In this document: in pieces, positions 39,601-51,886 of the stretch | Layout: each line of letters begins with the position of its first letter | Numbering within the stretch: position 1 is the first letter of the stretch | Assembly: GCA_036172245.1 (NCBI GenBank) | Contig: JAYWIR010000013.1 | Location: forward strand, 2,294,001-2,358,000 | Length of the DNA: 64,000 bases | Reading direction: 5' to 3' | DNA from: Raillietiella orientalis | Taxonomy: Eukaryota | Notes under the pieces: generated by a model | What the model was told of the DNA's origin: nothing | Database searches by the model: none | What the model saw: the letters and a program-made list of their open reading frames with translations, nothing else | Program-made: the position numbers and the translations under genes

Positions 39601-40332
39601 CATGCCCGCGTCCGGATGTAGCTTTATTTCGAGGAAGTACCTCATCTTCCGTTCCCCCCGTGTTTCGTGTGGAAATTTCCAGACGACCTTCCGGTTGACA
39701 TGAAAGCTGCCCCAGGACAGGAACAGCGTCCCGGTTGCCCCCACGCCGCGTCGGCTCACTACGAGCCCGTTCAAAGTCGCGCCATCCTGCTTCTTCCAGC
39801 TGGCCACAGTATACGTGCACAGTGACCGCCTTGCCTACGACACTGTGTCCTGTATTCGGACCACGTTGGGCTTGTACAGTGCGAGATGAGTACCTCACAC
39901 GGCCCTGATCTTCGCTCCTTCTAGAAGGCGATCAGTCGGACTTCCGGGTTCTATTTTGAAGATGGGTCCATGAGCATCCCTAACTTTAAAGATGACGGAC
40001 TTTGCCCTCTTGCGCCTATCGTTGAGCGAGTGATCATCGTCGATGTTAGCACGTCGCCTCCGCATTTGCCCTCCCAGACGTGTGTACCACCGTCTGTGGT
40101 CGGCACACCTCCAAGGAGACGCCCACCCACCATCCCTGGCGCACCCTGGTGAAAATCCGTGGAGGAGCAGGGCTACTCTGACGCTCTGGTGGATTGTCCA
40201 CTAGCGTTCGAGTCCCGCACTCTGGCGGCCACCGTTCTTCGTTCACTGAGGGTGGAAGAGCACGATCTCGTGGGTATATGTGGCGTCACTTGAACTCGTT
40301 GGCTTTTTTGGCCGCTCCGCAAGAATCCGCTC

Positions 40333-40791
40333 GAACACATCCTGCGTTTCGATCGCTTCCGGTGATGTCTCGGCTCCGGGTCCATTGCCAGCCTCCAGAA
40401 CATGGCGGGTTTCGGGAGCGCGGACGGGAAACACTCCACAGGCCCCAGGAACAGCATTCACCAGCAGAAGCAAAAACAGTATGAATCCTCCACTTGGGAG
40501 CCGGGTGCAGTCGTCCTGCAAGCAGCAGCGAAATCCGCCTGGTGGCGGTGCCGGTCGGCGGCGGCGGCGGTGGCGGCTCGTAAGGAGGCACCGCGTCGCC
40601 GATGGGGATGTGGGCTTCTGGCGAAGCACACCGTCACATAGGATCGAAAGTAGTCGGGACTGTGGTTTACCGGAGCCAATTCGCTCCAAGGAGCCTCTCG
40701 TGCTCTTCGCTCGATGGCTGCATTTTGGTGCACCTCATCCCGGATTCTTTCGGTGCAGGCTGGGATGGAGACGTCTTGAAGCGGAACAGGG
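40333..40791 (-). repeat. Dispersed repeat module A, copy 2 (inverted)
   Basis: Reverse complement of 22692-23150. The ORF track gives near-identical peptides (ERIGSGKPQSRLLSILCDG...). Confidence 0.95.
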
Positions 40792-41215
40792 ATAGTAAAG
40801 GGTGGAATTGCTTTGTTTCTTGACAGAGGGCTCTCAACGTGCGCATGCGTTCGTTTGGTGTTTCGTTTTTTTCAATAACTCATCGTTTTAAAATGCTTTC
40901 TTCGGATCAAAATAGAGTGAATGTGAACTGGAGCCGAAGTAGAGTAAAAGATAAACTTCTTCTTTTCTGTTATGTCAACTCAGTCCATCGTATTGGTACA
41001 CTTGGGATTCTTTTCCGATGCCAGCTCCACACCGTATGAATGCTTCCTAGAAACTCGCCTCATTAGAAGTCATCTTTGGTACGTCGACGTTGTTTCAATA
41101 GTCATCAGTAAGCTAATAAAGGCAAGCAAAAGAACAATGTGAAGCAGAACGCGCGTTGCCATTCGATACGTGATTGCAACGATAACTGTCCAAGAAAAAT
41201 GTCCGAGCAGTTGGT

Positions 41216-41417
41216 TAATGGAGGGCGAGAACTCTTCTGTCGATAAGGAATCCAAGGAAACGGGTCGTACCGCTGGGGATAACTGCATGTTCCAAGGTCT
41301 CGGTCAGACGCATGGTTATTTTTAAATCTAAGCCAGCTGTTGCTCCTCTGAAAAGTGCATCTCAAGAAATACTCCCGGCTCAGGAGCACACCGACCCGAA
41401 ATCAAGAATGTGATTCT
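41216..41417 (-). repeat. Dispersed repeat module B, copy 2 (inverted)
   Basis: Homologous to 24468-24675. Translated: QRSNSWL(K/R).K.NH..PFPWIP.RQK...PPL in both copies. Confidence 0.85.
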
Positions 41418-44400
41418 GACTGCAATTGTAAGTGCAAATTAAAGCTCACTTCTTACTTGAAAGCACCCTATAGCTACGGAAAGCGAATACAAAAATGGTG
41501 AGAACCAGTAGCTTGTTTCACCTCATGGAAGAAAGGGGCATTGACATTTCCCTCCGATCAGGTCATCTCCTCAATTTCCAAACTGCGTTCTGACACGTGA
41601 CAATAACGTGGCCTAGACGATGGGATGATCCGCTGCTTACATGATACAAGCCGCTTTGTACCGTACTTGACGTTTTGCTCTCTATTCAGCAGCAACTTGA
41701 GACTCGAGCTCTGACTTTGGAGCTTACAGCCCGGTTACTGCTGATTGTTCAGAGTTTGACAAAGGACATTTGGGATGATGAATTCCATCAAGCCTGCAGC
41801 AAAGCTTTTTATTTCACTCTACAACAACGTTTGCTTGTCGAATGCCCATGGAATCGATGCACACCATTCCGAGACAAATGTGAATGATAGTTAAAAGCAC
41901 CACTGACTGAACTTTTTTGAGAATGCTTTTTAAAAGAAAGAACTACTAACCATACCCTCAATGTTATGAATCACAGTTACAAAGTGAACTGCGTACAAAA
42001 TTAGTATTAGGAAGTGAGCAGTCAAATGAATAGGCGCGATGTGTATCCACTTAGCTGAATTCTAAAATACAAATTCCATGCACTGAATTCGTTCAAATTG
42101 TTGACCCATGTTAATTTATGAGTTTAACTCTGCAGCTTTTGAATCACGTAATTATGTTTAAAAAAATGAAATAAATGGTGCGGATATAAGATGAATGGAT
42201 GCGATCAAGCTGTTCGACACTTCACTTTACTATCAGCAACTCAGCTTTGTTTTTTCAGCTAGTTCTTATTGAGATAATGTTTACAAAATCATTTCTTGCA
42301 ATTACGATTCTGGTTTAATCATCAGCATTTTTCTTGACAAGAACAAAGGGCACTCGAAAAACAGAGAAAAATACAAGTGACACGAATGGCATACATATTT
42401 TAATAATAAATAATGTGCAAACCGCAACTCTCAGTAAAGTAGGCGCACACTTTTGTCAGGAAGTAAATGCAACGTGGTTAGGAGTTTTTCCAAAGTGCAT
42501 TTTACATTATAAACGAAAAACCGTTGCATGTATTTGATGATAGGATCAGAATGGCATGGAAACAGCCAATTCTTCTGTGGCATCCTTGAGCGAAAGACGA
42601 GTGGTACTGGTGTCATCATGTCATCTTTGCTAGCATCACAGCAATTTTGCTAGACGATCTACATCTGTTTCGACAGTTTTATCTGTCAAGTCCGTTATCA
42701 ACCTTTTTAGTGATAAATTCTGCTTAAGGGAGCATTGTGAAATGTCTCAGATAGTGGACGTGTGTGCTTCCAAGGACTATTTTAAAAATAAGTGAGAAAG
42801 CATTCGAATATTGGCCGCGCGTAGTAATAATCTTTGCAGGTGAAAAGTTCTCAGAAAATGATTTACAGACAAATGTATATTTTACGAATGCTGCTTTTCA
42901 CGTGATACTTTTGTTTTGCAACATCCAATGACTAAGCACAAAACGCGTTAACAAGAACATCGAGTCGAACAGAATGTGCTTACATACATAATTCTGTAAA
43001 TCATTTAAATAATAATCGATGCTTTGCTTTATATTCAATTTCAACAATTAACGGTTATTTTGGCAGTACAACAAGCAACTACATATGTCAACCATCGGAA
43101 GCAAGCACTGCTCATTTGGATGTCTGCATAAGTACACATCACTCGAGTATTTGACACATTATAGAGCCAATAGAAGCTCATGAAACTTCAAAACTTGTTT
43201 CTTCGTATTTCAATCATATGTATGTAAATACATGTTATTAGAAGAGGAATCATGAACTGGAAATTAAATGCACATTGCCGTTCATTACATTTTTTAATGC
43301 AGCCCATCATGATTGTCGCATAGTTTAGTTGATAGACATTCATACAGAATATAAGCTTAATTCTTTAAGCTCTGGAACCATACTTTTACTGCAAACAGTT
43401 AACATAATCCGCATCTCCAAAACAAATTGCTAAGTGGTCAGTGGTATTTAGTAGATACACAATAATGTGGTTTACTTTGGTAAAATTTCATGTTTACGCA
43501 CAAACTTAAAATTCAATTGAAATGTTGGGTCACTGGACAGAACAGTTTCAGCACACAACTCACCTCTCAGCATCAATTGCAGTGCAACACTAATTTACAA
43601 TAAGTGCATGAAATTGCACTTCATTTTACTAAAATTAGAAGGCAAGAAAAAAACATAACTTCTTTCACCGTAGAAGCGCTGAGAAATTCTGCATTCTTAG
43701 GAGGATGCAGTTTGGCAGTAAGATGCTTCATGAAAAATATGAACTGTAAACTCGCATAAGAGAACAAAAGTGAAAGTGATTGAGATGCTTTTTTAAAAAA
43801 GCCCAAGCAAAATGCATTCTTTGCATGTTTCAAGAACATGCATGTCATTGGTGAAGACAACATAACAGAACATTCTAACAAATCAGGGCCAAGGATTCTT
43901 GAAAGTTAAGTCATCTTTGATAAGAGTGATAAATTGATATGTCAATATTGGAAACAAAAATTGATACAAAAGATACAAGTAAAGCATAAACTTTCTGCAA
44001 CACATGGCTCAGAAACTTTACGCATGCAAAAATTGTCAAAACTGATCGCATTCATGTAAAAAAGTGGGGAAAAAATGCACCAGCACACCAAGGTTTTATA
44101 CAAAATATCGACAACCATCATTTGGAAAGCCCATTTCCTTTTGAATTCACACTTTAGTAAGCAGCGTTTAATAAAAAAAAAAAAAAAATGCCATCAAAAT
44201 CATAGAATCTCCAAACAAGGAAAATTAAGTTATATACTTGTAACTGACTGGATGGTTTGGTGAAAATTTCATACATGTGAATCAGAAAAACTGGCTTATA
44301 TTTTCTAAAGGCTTTCTCCTGGGTACTTTGGAGTTCATTTTTTTTTAGATAAATATACTTCTAAACAAAAAACTGTATCATTCATTAGCTAATTGCCTTA

Positions 44401-44617
44401 TTTCTGGGAAATCATTCTCAGGCCTGCTTTTCAAGATTCCACCTTCTTTTGCCAATACCACAGTGGGTCTGTGCACTGAAGCTCCTGAAGAGACCAACTG
44501 TTTACAATGTAATGATGTGAAAGTGCTGCAATTTGAGATGAAAAGGAAAAGGCCAACAGAATGATCACTGTACTGGTCCCTCCTGGCATCAAGCCCTGCA
44601 TAACTGCTGTTCCCTAA

Positions 44618-45838
44618 CTATGTCATTGAGATATGGAGCAAATTCCTCATATATTCATACACAACGTAACTTATGGATACAGCAGGGACAACTTTGAGGA
44701 AATTAGGAGTAATTCCTCGATATAATCCCAGTACACCTTCTGATTGCATGATGTGGCGGAACAATGAGCTCATGGTGCATGTAGAAGCACAGTGCACTTC
44801 ACATAGCATAGCTGAAACAAAGTCTGCACCTAGCTCATAAAGTCAGAACTTACTTTCTGCTTGTAGTTTGGTTCTTATAAGAGCAAATGGGTAAGAAGCT
44901 ATTTGACCACAGGTAGAAGAAACCAGGCCACAACTTAGCAGGACAAAGACACCTGGATTACCATCTTTGGAATGTGAATACTGTTGCAGATACAACTTTT
45001 TCAAAGTCTGATGAGGAAAACAGTAGCCATGTACAGTCCAGGGAACAATTTCCAAAACTCATTTACCTCATATACAGCCAGATCAATGCCTGCATAAGGC
45101 AAAATACCAATTAAATTGGGAATGTAGCCCCTGTAGAAAGCCTGGATTCTTTCAACTTTATAAATTTGAAAAGCAGCATTCCACACTCCACTAAATTGAT
45201 TGCTGGCACGCAAGGTGAGACGTGTTTTGAGTACCTAATTGTTTCAACTGATAAGTACCAATCCTGAGGATGGCCTGCTTACTTCTAATGGATAAATGAG
45301 AGACTGACTGATGGCACCTGCCAATGATCCTGCAAAAATGCGTTCTTGCAGAGTGAGTTCATCTGCTCGTTGACTTTTGATCAACTGCTTAATTTGTTCA
45401 TATGCTGCAAATTTCGTAGCACTTTCAGGAGCAATCTTTAACACATTGATGCCATTTCCTCTCCATAAGCTTCGCAGTCCTCCCTCTTGAATCATAAAGC
45501 GCAGGCATTTGGGGATGGTACTAAATGCACAATCCTTGCCACGAACTTGTAAGAACACTTTTGTACGATCCAAAGGCGCAGTACTAGTGCGTGAAACTGC
45601 ACCAGCAACAGCACCAGCAATCAAATGCTTCCAGACTGCTCCAGTTTGTTTCTCCTGCTGAGTGAACTCATCAGGAATTGTAATGTCTTCACCAACATCT
45701 AAAGTCTAGCCCCAAACTATTTGAAACAATTTCTATATAAAAACATACAGTAGAATGTCTCCACAGAACATCAGGTATTTCATTACCAGAGTGAAGAGAG
45801 AAATATTCACTCCAAGCATCAAAGTTAGCTTCCAGCAT
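44618..45838 (-). CDS. SCaMC: Mitochondrial ATP-Mg/Pi carrier of the SCaMC (SLC25A23/24/25) family; N-terminal EF-hand region apparently degenerate, start uncertain
   Basis: [120 protein letters not shown]. Exons: 45838-45749, 45705-45283, 45234-45067, 45007-44854, 44811-44618 (342 aa from ATG 45838). An acceptor at 45855-45856 indicates further 5' exons. Confidence 0.92.
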
Positions 45839-46539
45839 CTCATTACATCCAATTCTAAAATCATATAAGAGAGAATAAAGTAACTCTTTGAGCATTTAAT
45901 GTGGCACTTCTACTACAATCTTCAAGAAAAGTAGCTCACAAAAAAGAGAATTCCTCTGCATTCCTTCGGCAACAATCGTGTTCTAAATTTCAAAATGCAC
46001 ACCTAATTTCTTCTGCATCAAGTTTTTCTGAAAACTTGTTTCACATTGATTTCCATTTCCAGAACAATTACTTTAAATGCTTAAGTTCTCAACAGCAAAT
46101 CTCTTTGGAATACCAGAAACACAAAAAACCTGAATCAGAACACTGCTGAAAATAATCTTTGGAACTTGAATTTTTTTTTTTACAAAAAAAAAAAACCAAC
46201 CCTAAAAATTTACCTCGATGCAGGTAAATCTGCCAAGCTTGAACGATTACATCGACTACAGGATTACTATTCTATTCACGCGCAAAATAGAAACTGACGT
46301 TCACACCCCTCCCATGTGACCCACACACGATAGTGCTTCCTCACGTTTGATATGTTTGTCATTATTTTCAAGGCCCCCTATGCAAAGCTTACAAGGAATC
46401 CCAGACCGTTCGAGTGTACTCCTGCATCTCGAAACAAAAATTGTGAAACATTCCCCAGAGTGATCCATCCCTTCATAAATGCAGGACTGCCACCCATCCC
46501 ACCCAGTGCTGACAACCTGTTACCACCAAGCTTCCGACT

Positions 46540-47300
46540 GCTAGAAGGTGCTAGAAATTTCGCTGACCAGGAAGACGAACGCTCTAAACGACTTTCTCAT
46601 TCGATTTGCAAGACTTTTTGAACCACAGCTCGAGCGTTTGCTTAACAGAACTGCTGGTTGCACAACACACGCCGGATGGAGGGGGGAGGGAGGGAGCCAC
46701 AGCACACGCGCACGCACACACACGTTTTCCCCAACTACCCGATGGGGTTCGCTGTGTGCGAGAGACGTCAGGGGCTGGTGGAGCCCCCGACGAGATCGCG
46801 ATGGGGGGAACCTCGTCACCTGCGCGAGGGTGCGGGGCCCCAATGGCGCCTCCCCCTCCCCCCCTGCACACACACGGATTCGAAAGCAACAATCTGCGCC
46901 GCCCACCGGGGCCACGTCGGACTCTCGCGCACGGAACGCGATTGTCGCCCCCCACGCATTGTTGGCGCGCGCGCCCCGGCCTGCGGCGGTCCGCGCGTTT
47001 GGCCTCGCGCGCCCGAGGACGAGGGACCGGCGGGCACGACCTGACTAACGGTCTGATGGAGTGACCGGGTCGCGTCGTCAAAGTGCCTACGCATCTGCTG
47101 ATGGACTGCACTCACGCGAACCCGTCCACGGTCGTACCTCCCAGGAGCAATTTCGCATCAGCTTCACGGGGCTCGGAACAAAGTACACAGCAAGCCTAAG
47201 GGGTTTGGAAAAAAGGGGAGAAAAATAAGAGCCGCCGCCAGATGGTTTCGCCTACGGAACGAGCACCTTTCACCGTCGCAGAAGCCAAAAAGTGGGTCCT
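46540..47300. promoter_or_regulatory. CpG-rich island upstream of the SCaMC-like gene (probable promoter or 5' region)
   Basis: Dense CpG and GCGC runs immediately 5' of a CpG-poor gene body; GTAAAT donor (- strand) near 46213. Function is inferred. Confidence 0.45.
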
Positions 47301-50300
47301 CGGCACTTGGAGGAGTTGGAATTTTAAAACACGAAAATCCAGAATCGAAGCTGACTTTTCCCCTTCCTATCACCCAGAGTAAAAGACACTGGTCATCATC
47401 GTCACACAAACACGAGCCAGGTTCCACCCGGGGTCTTCACATCTCCGCTGAGCACCAAAGCACAGTGCGAAATCTCTCAAGACGAAATCACACGAGCCCT
47501 CCTCTCCCGATGGCATGCGAAAAAAATCTTCCGGATGAGTCCACACATAATTTCTTACACCTCATCGTTACAGGCCCGATTCCAAGAGGTTGCCCGCTCA
47601 AATTCCATCGGGAGGGACACTTTCCCAAGCTGCATCTTGCAATGAGATTACCAAAAAGCAATCCTGCTGCTGCCTTCTTTCATCTTTCAAAGCCACAGCT
47701 GCGTACGGGAGAGTTTTGACATGGGATATCAATGCTTCGGGGGTTCACGACGACCGCTTCGAACCGACGCCACGTGCTCACATTTCTCCTAATGCTCATC
47801 CTGGGAAAACTTTGCAGAGCTTTGATAGTACTCTTGTGAGTTTATTCAAATATCAATCCCGGGATCGCGTCCCCTCAAAATCTTCATTTGGCGGATCCCA
47901 CTCTTCAAGGTAACTAAATTAGCAGACTGGAATTATAACACAAGAGAAAGAAATTAATCAACCCACAAGTCAGAATGACACTGCAGTGGTTACTAACTAT
48001 AAGATCAACATTTTGGGGAGCCGCTCTCAAGGTAAAATTGCAGGGTATGAGGAAATGGAAGTTATAAAGGGGCCATACACGTGATTCACTGCTTTAACAT
48101 AAGATTCGATATAGTCTACTGAACACGACTGAAATCCTTGAATGCCATGTCCATCATGGCCTTAGGTATTACTCCTTCCTACTAGGAATTCAATACCTTC
48201 CAACTCGAAATGCAACCACAAGAATGCGCCATTTCACACACATCCCACCACACAGAGGCATGCTTGGAAAAGGATGTAATTAAATCCCGTCTAATTTCGC
48301 ATCCGACACTGACCTTCAGGAATGCTGCGACAGCTGGAATTTCGAGATGCTGTCGAAGCAACCGATGAAGAAATAATACAATGTTTCGGAGACAGAGAGA
48401 GGAGGGACAGTCCAGTCCACAGCTGAGAGATAGTCTTCTCCCAGAGTTCAGTTTATTATGTATTTTTCCAGTTGAAAAGTATGTGAATAAAAGCACGAAC
48501 AGAGCAGTGGAATAGTCTCGACGATCAATTCATCCCAAAGTCATTGTTTCATTATCATTAGACTCGTCGGTATCTCATCTTGCGTGTTAAAAAGGATGAT
48601 TTCATCTCATACGAAAAGCGCAGTTACTAGTGCGAAGGAACCGATCATCATGCCATAAATATTTAAATTATATGTTCTGGGAGAAAAATGTAATGAAATT
48701 CTTTACTGGCCATTTTTTATTTAACAGCACCAATTTCCATCTTCGGATTAGAAACAAGAACTTGAACTTGGCAGCGTGTGCCTATTTGTTTGCCAGTTGC
48801 GTTTTCCAGAAAGCATCATTTTTTAAAATCCTGCTCAGGCCCCTGGTTCCATCAACCGAAATCCCCGAATTACCTTCACAGACGAAATTAATGAATGGAA
48901 TTTCTACTCATTTTATGTGCTTTATTTATTTATTCTATACACTCATATAAAATAAATGCACGTGAAATTGGCAACCTGTAAACAATTTAAATCTCAAATC
49001 TACTTTACATACAGAATAAATTCAGCAGGAAGGTCATGGGTACGTGAACACAGATTTTGAGGAAAAAATGTCACCAGGATACAGACCTTGGTAACAAGCT
49101 TTTCTGGCTGCCTGTCACAAGTGCCTCCTGACTTCACGGTTGAAGCCTTAATCGTTTGGAAGTAACAGCAACAACAGCTTGTCTTTTGCAAGCACAACAC
49201 CATTGCAACTTTCATACCGTAATTTATAGGAAAAACGATAAATTGTAGCAGGCGAATCGTTCTAAAGCAATTTCTCGCCGTTGCCAACGAATTCCGTTTT
49301 CGGGAAGGAAAGAGTTGGACTTGTGGAGCCATCAAGGCATTTCTGCGTCCCAACTGCAGGAGCGCTGGGTTCTTCAGTTTTGATTCCGAGCCAGGATTCG
49401 TACTTTGCCAGCGGTCAAGGCAGATTTGATGAAATAAGTGCTTCACTCTATCCTATTAAGTGGCACACTTTGAAGTTATTACGAGCATGTTTGGAGTAAT
49501 TATGCGAGATTAAAAAACGAATGCTTGGGGAATTTCCATTCGTAACCATGTGGACCACCGTACACGGAAGTTTTATATTTAAATATATATATTTTTTCAA
49601 TTTTCTCAAAACATGGACTTGGGTTCAGGTTCACTATTCTTATGGCCCAGAGTTGGGTTGCAATTTTTTTTTTTTTAAGCAGCTGCCAATCATTGATCAT
49701 CAATACAAATTCCTTTTTTTTTTTTTTTTACATCCCCTGAAAGGTGTTTCGAATTACTTGAGCAAAGAACCTTTTAAGAGAACAAAGCTCTCGTCTTCGA
49801 AACTGCCAGAAAGTTGTCTCTATAGTTGTCGCTGTTGCATTTGGAAGGGTTCATCAATGCAATGCTTTCACTCGCCCTGAGGATTTCTTCCATTTAATTG
49901 CCATTATTTGTGAATCGAGTGCTTTCGATAGCGTGAACGTATGAGATCGATAACTTTACTTTTAGCCGTGTTCGAGTGTTCCTTTGAACTCTACCTGAAG
50001 GGTGGGGAAGTTAACAGGAAGTGTAGTCCGAAAGTGCTCCAGCGCTCCTTATCATGTCACGCACGTATAAATTCACCAAGAAAAACACCAAAAAGTTCTT
50101 TTGAGAAACATCAAGTTTCAGCTGAAAAAGGAAAAGAAACCCCAAGCGGTTTGCTTCCATGGGAATAAGAAAATGTGTGCTATACAAAAGAACACGCTGG
50201 AAACAATTCTATTGTTGCAAACATGCCCGCAGGCGCAGCACGTGAACCCCTTTCATTGAAAGCTACCTCTATTTTACAGAGAGGAATTATCTCAGGAGTG

Positions 50301-50672
50301 CATCAGCTCGGCTCGAAATTAAATACGGCCGAAAAGGGTTCTAATGAAATGATTGTATTAATATGGTGAAGGGCCGAAAAATGGCTAAGAGGCTCATTTT
50401 ACTGTTTACCAAATTCTGGTGTTAAAGCTTAGATGATTCAAGGAACTGCTTCATGGATCCAATTAGAAATGAGTGCTGCCGCTTTCTTAAGCATTTCAGT
50501 TTACAATCATTAGCTTCTTTAGGGAAAGCTTTAGAATACACTACATGCATACACACAGATATATAATACAAATACAGTGTGGGCAGCAGACACTAATGTG
50601 TGAATACCCCTTAATGCAATTATTTTTAAAAAATCTTATAATTGTATGGGCTGTACAAGCATCTTCAAAATA

Positions 50673-51886
50673 TCATATACAAAGGGTAGGTAGTTCTGAA
50701 TGAACACAATTAAGCCAAAGGTTAGCACAAGAAACATGATACTGTCGACCACTGAAGCTGACAGATGAAGTACACAAAGTCACATTAAGTAAACAAATGC
50801 CACATGCTTTTTTTTTTTCTTCTTCATTGCAACTGTTTACCAAATGGGGAGACAAATCTTCAGCAACTGTACTGATCTAGAATTACACAATCAAATCAAC
50901 AGAATAATTTACACTTTTAAATTACTTTTACCATCTCGGGATTGGGAATCAGCTTTTTTATTTCTACCCATGTGAGTTCTTGCTTTCTTAATACATCTTG
51001 CAGCTGACTATTAGTGGCAGAACAATATGCAGCAGAAAACCGCACTCGCTGGAAAAAGTTGTGCATCTCTTGTAAACCTAATGTACCCTTAAAATACTTT
51101 TCATCATGACAGATGGTGCTTACAGGACAAGTAATGTAAGCCTTCTTCTGAGCATAATGCTTGTCTTCTTGTCTCCACATCAGCTCCTTGAAGCACTTCA
51201 ACTACCTGTTTTAAAAAATTCAAGGCACACTGTAAGCAGGAAATCCATTGCTTAATGCACATATACTTTCGTGAGGAGGATATGGAGCCATCTTCTTTGT
51301 CTTCAAATGGGTTTTGCTCTGCATTTTCAAGAGCACGAAGGGCAGCATACTTGTCAACTGGGCAAACTGAGGTGGGAGGATTTTGGAATTCTGGTGTACT
51401 GACATTGTAGTGGGCTAATCTACTTCCTGTAGCACTTTGGAAACATGTTGCAGGATAACTGAGAAGAGGAGGAGCTGAGTAGAATTCTGTAAAATCCTCT
51501 GAATCAACCACAGATATGTTCAAATTATTTAAAGGGCGAAGAGTCGAAGATGTCTTTTGCTCCAGATGAAATGCATCAATTAAGAGTGACTCTGCCAGAG
51601 ATGAATGAGCATCTTGTTTGGACAGTTTTTGATAAGTGGGCTAAATGATATAAATGTAAAAAAAAAAGTTAAAATTGGATAGCTCATGAAATCAAATACG
51701 AATAGTGACCAGGCTCGATAACAGAAATCTTAAAAAATGAATCTGCGCTAAAGGTTCTGAATCTTTATTAAGTATTGAACACGTTATAAAAAAAAAAATG
51801 TTACACAAAAGCATATCTGAAACATGAAAACTGTTGCTTACTGAAAATGAAACAAAATCCCCAAAATCGCCATCGTTTGATTCCAT
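50673..51886 (-). CDS. SYNRG: Synergin-gamma-like AP-1 accessory protein, miniature (about 303 aa), 4 exons
   Basis: Gamma-ear-binding-type motifs DGDFGDF and EDFTEF; DKYAALRAL; C-terminal domain W..CL..AL.., ACGICLLNV..GRQYHVSCANLWLNCV. Exons: 51886-51842, 51640-51124, 51077-50932, 50876-50673 (912 nt). Confidence 0.85.

Noticed and set aside
40195..40230. GTTCGAGTCCC as a tRNA T-loop or B-box
   Set aside because: Flanks do not form a T-stem, acceptor stem or cloverleaf.
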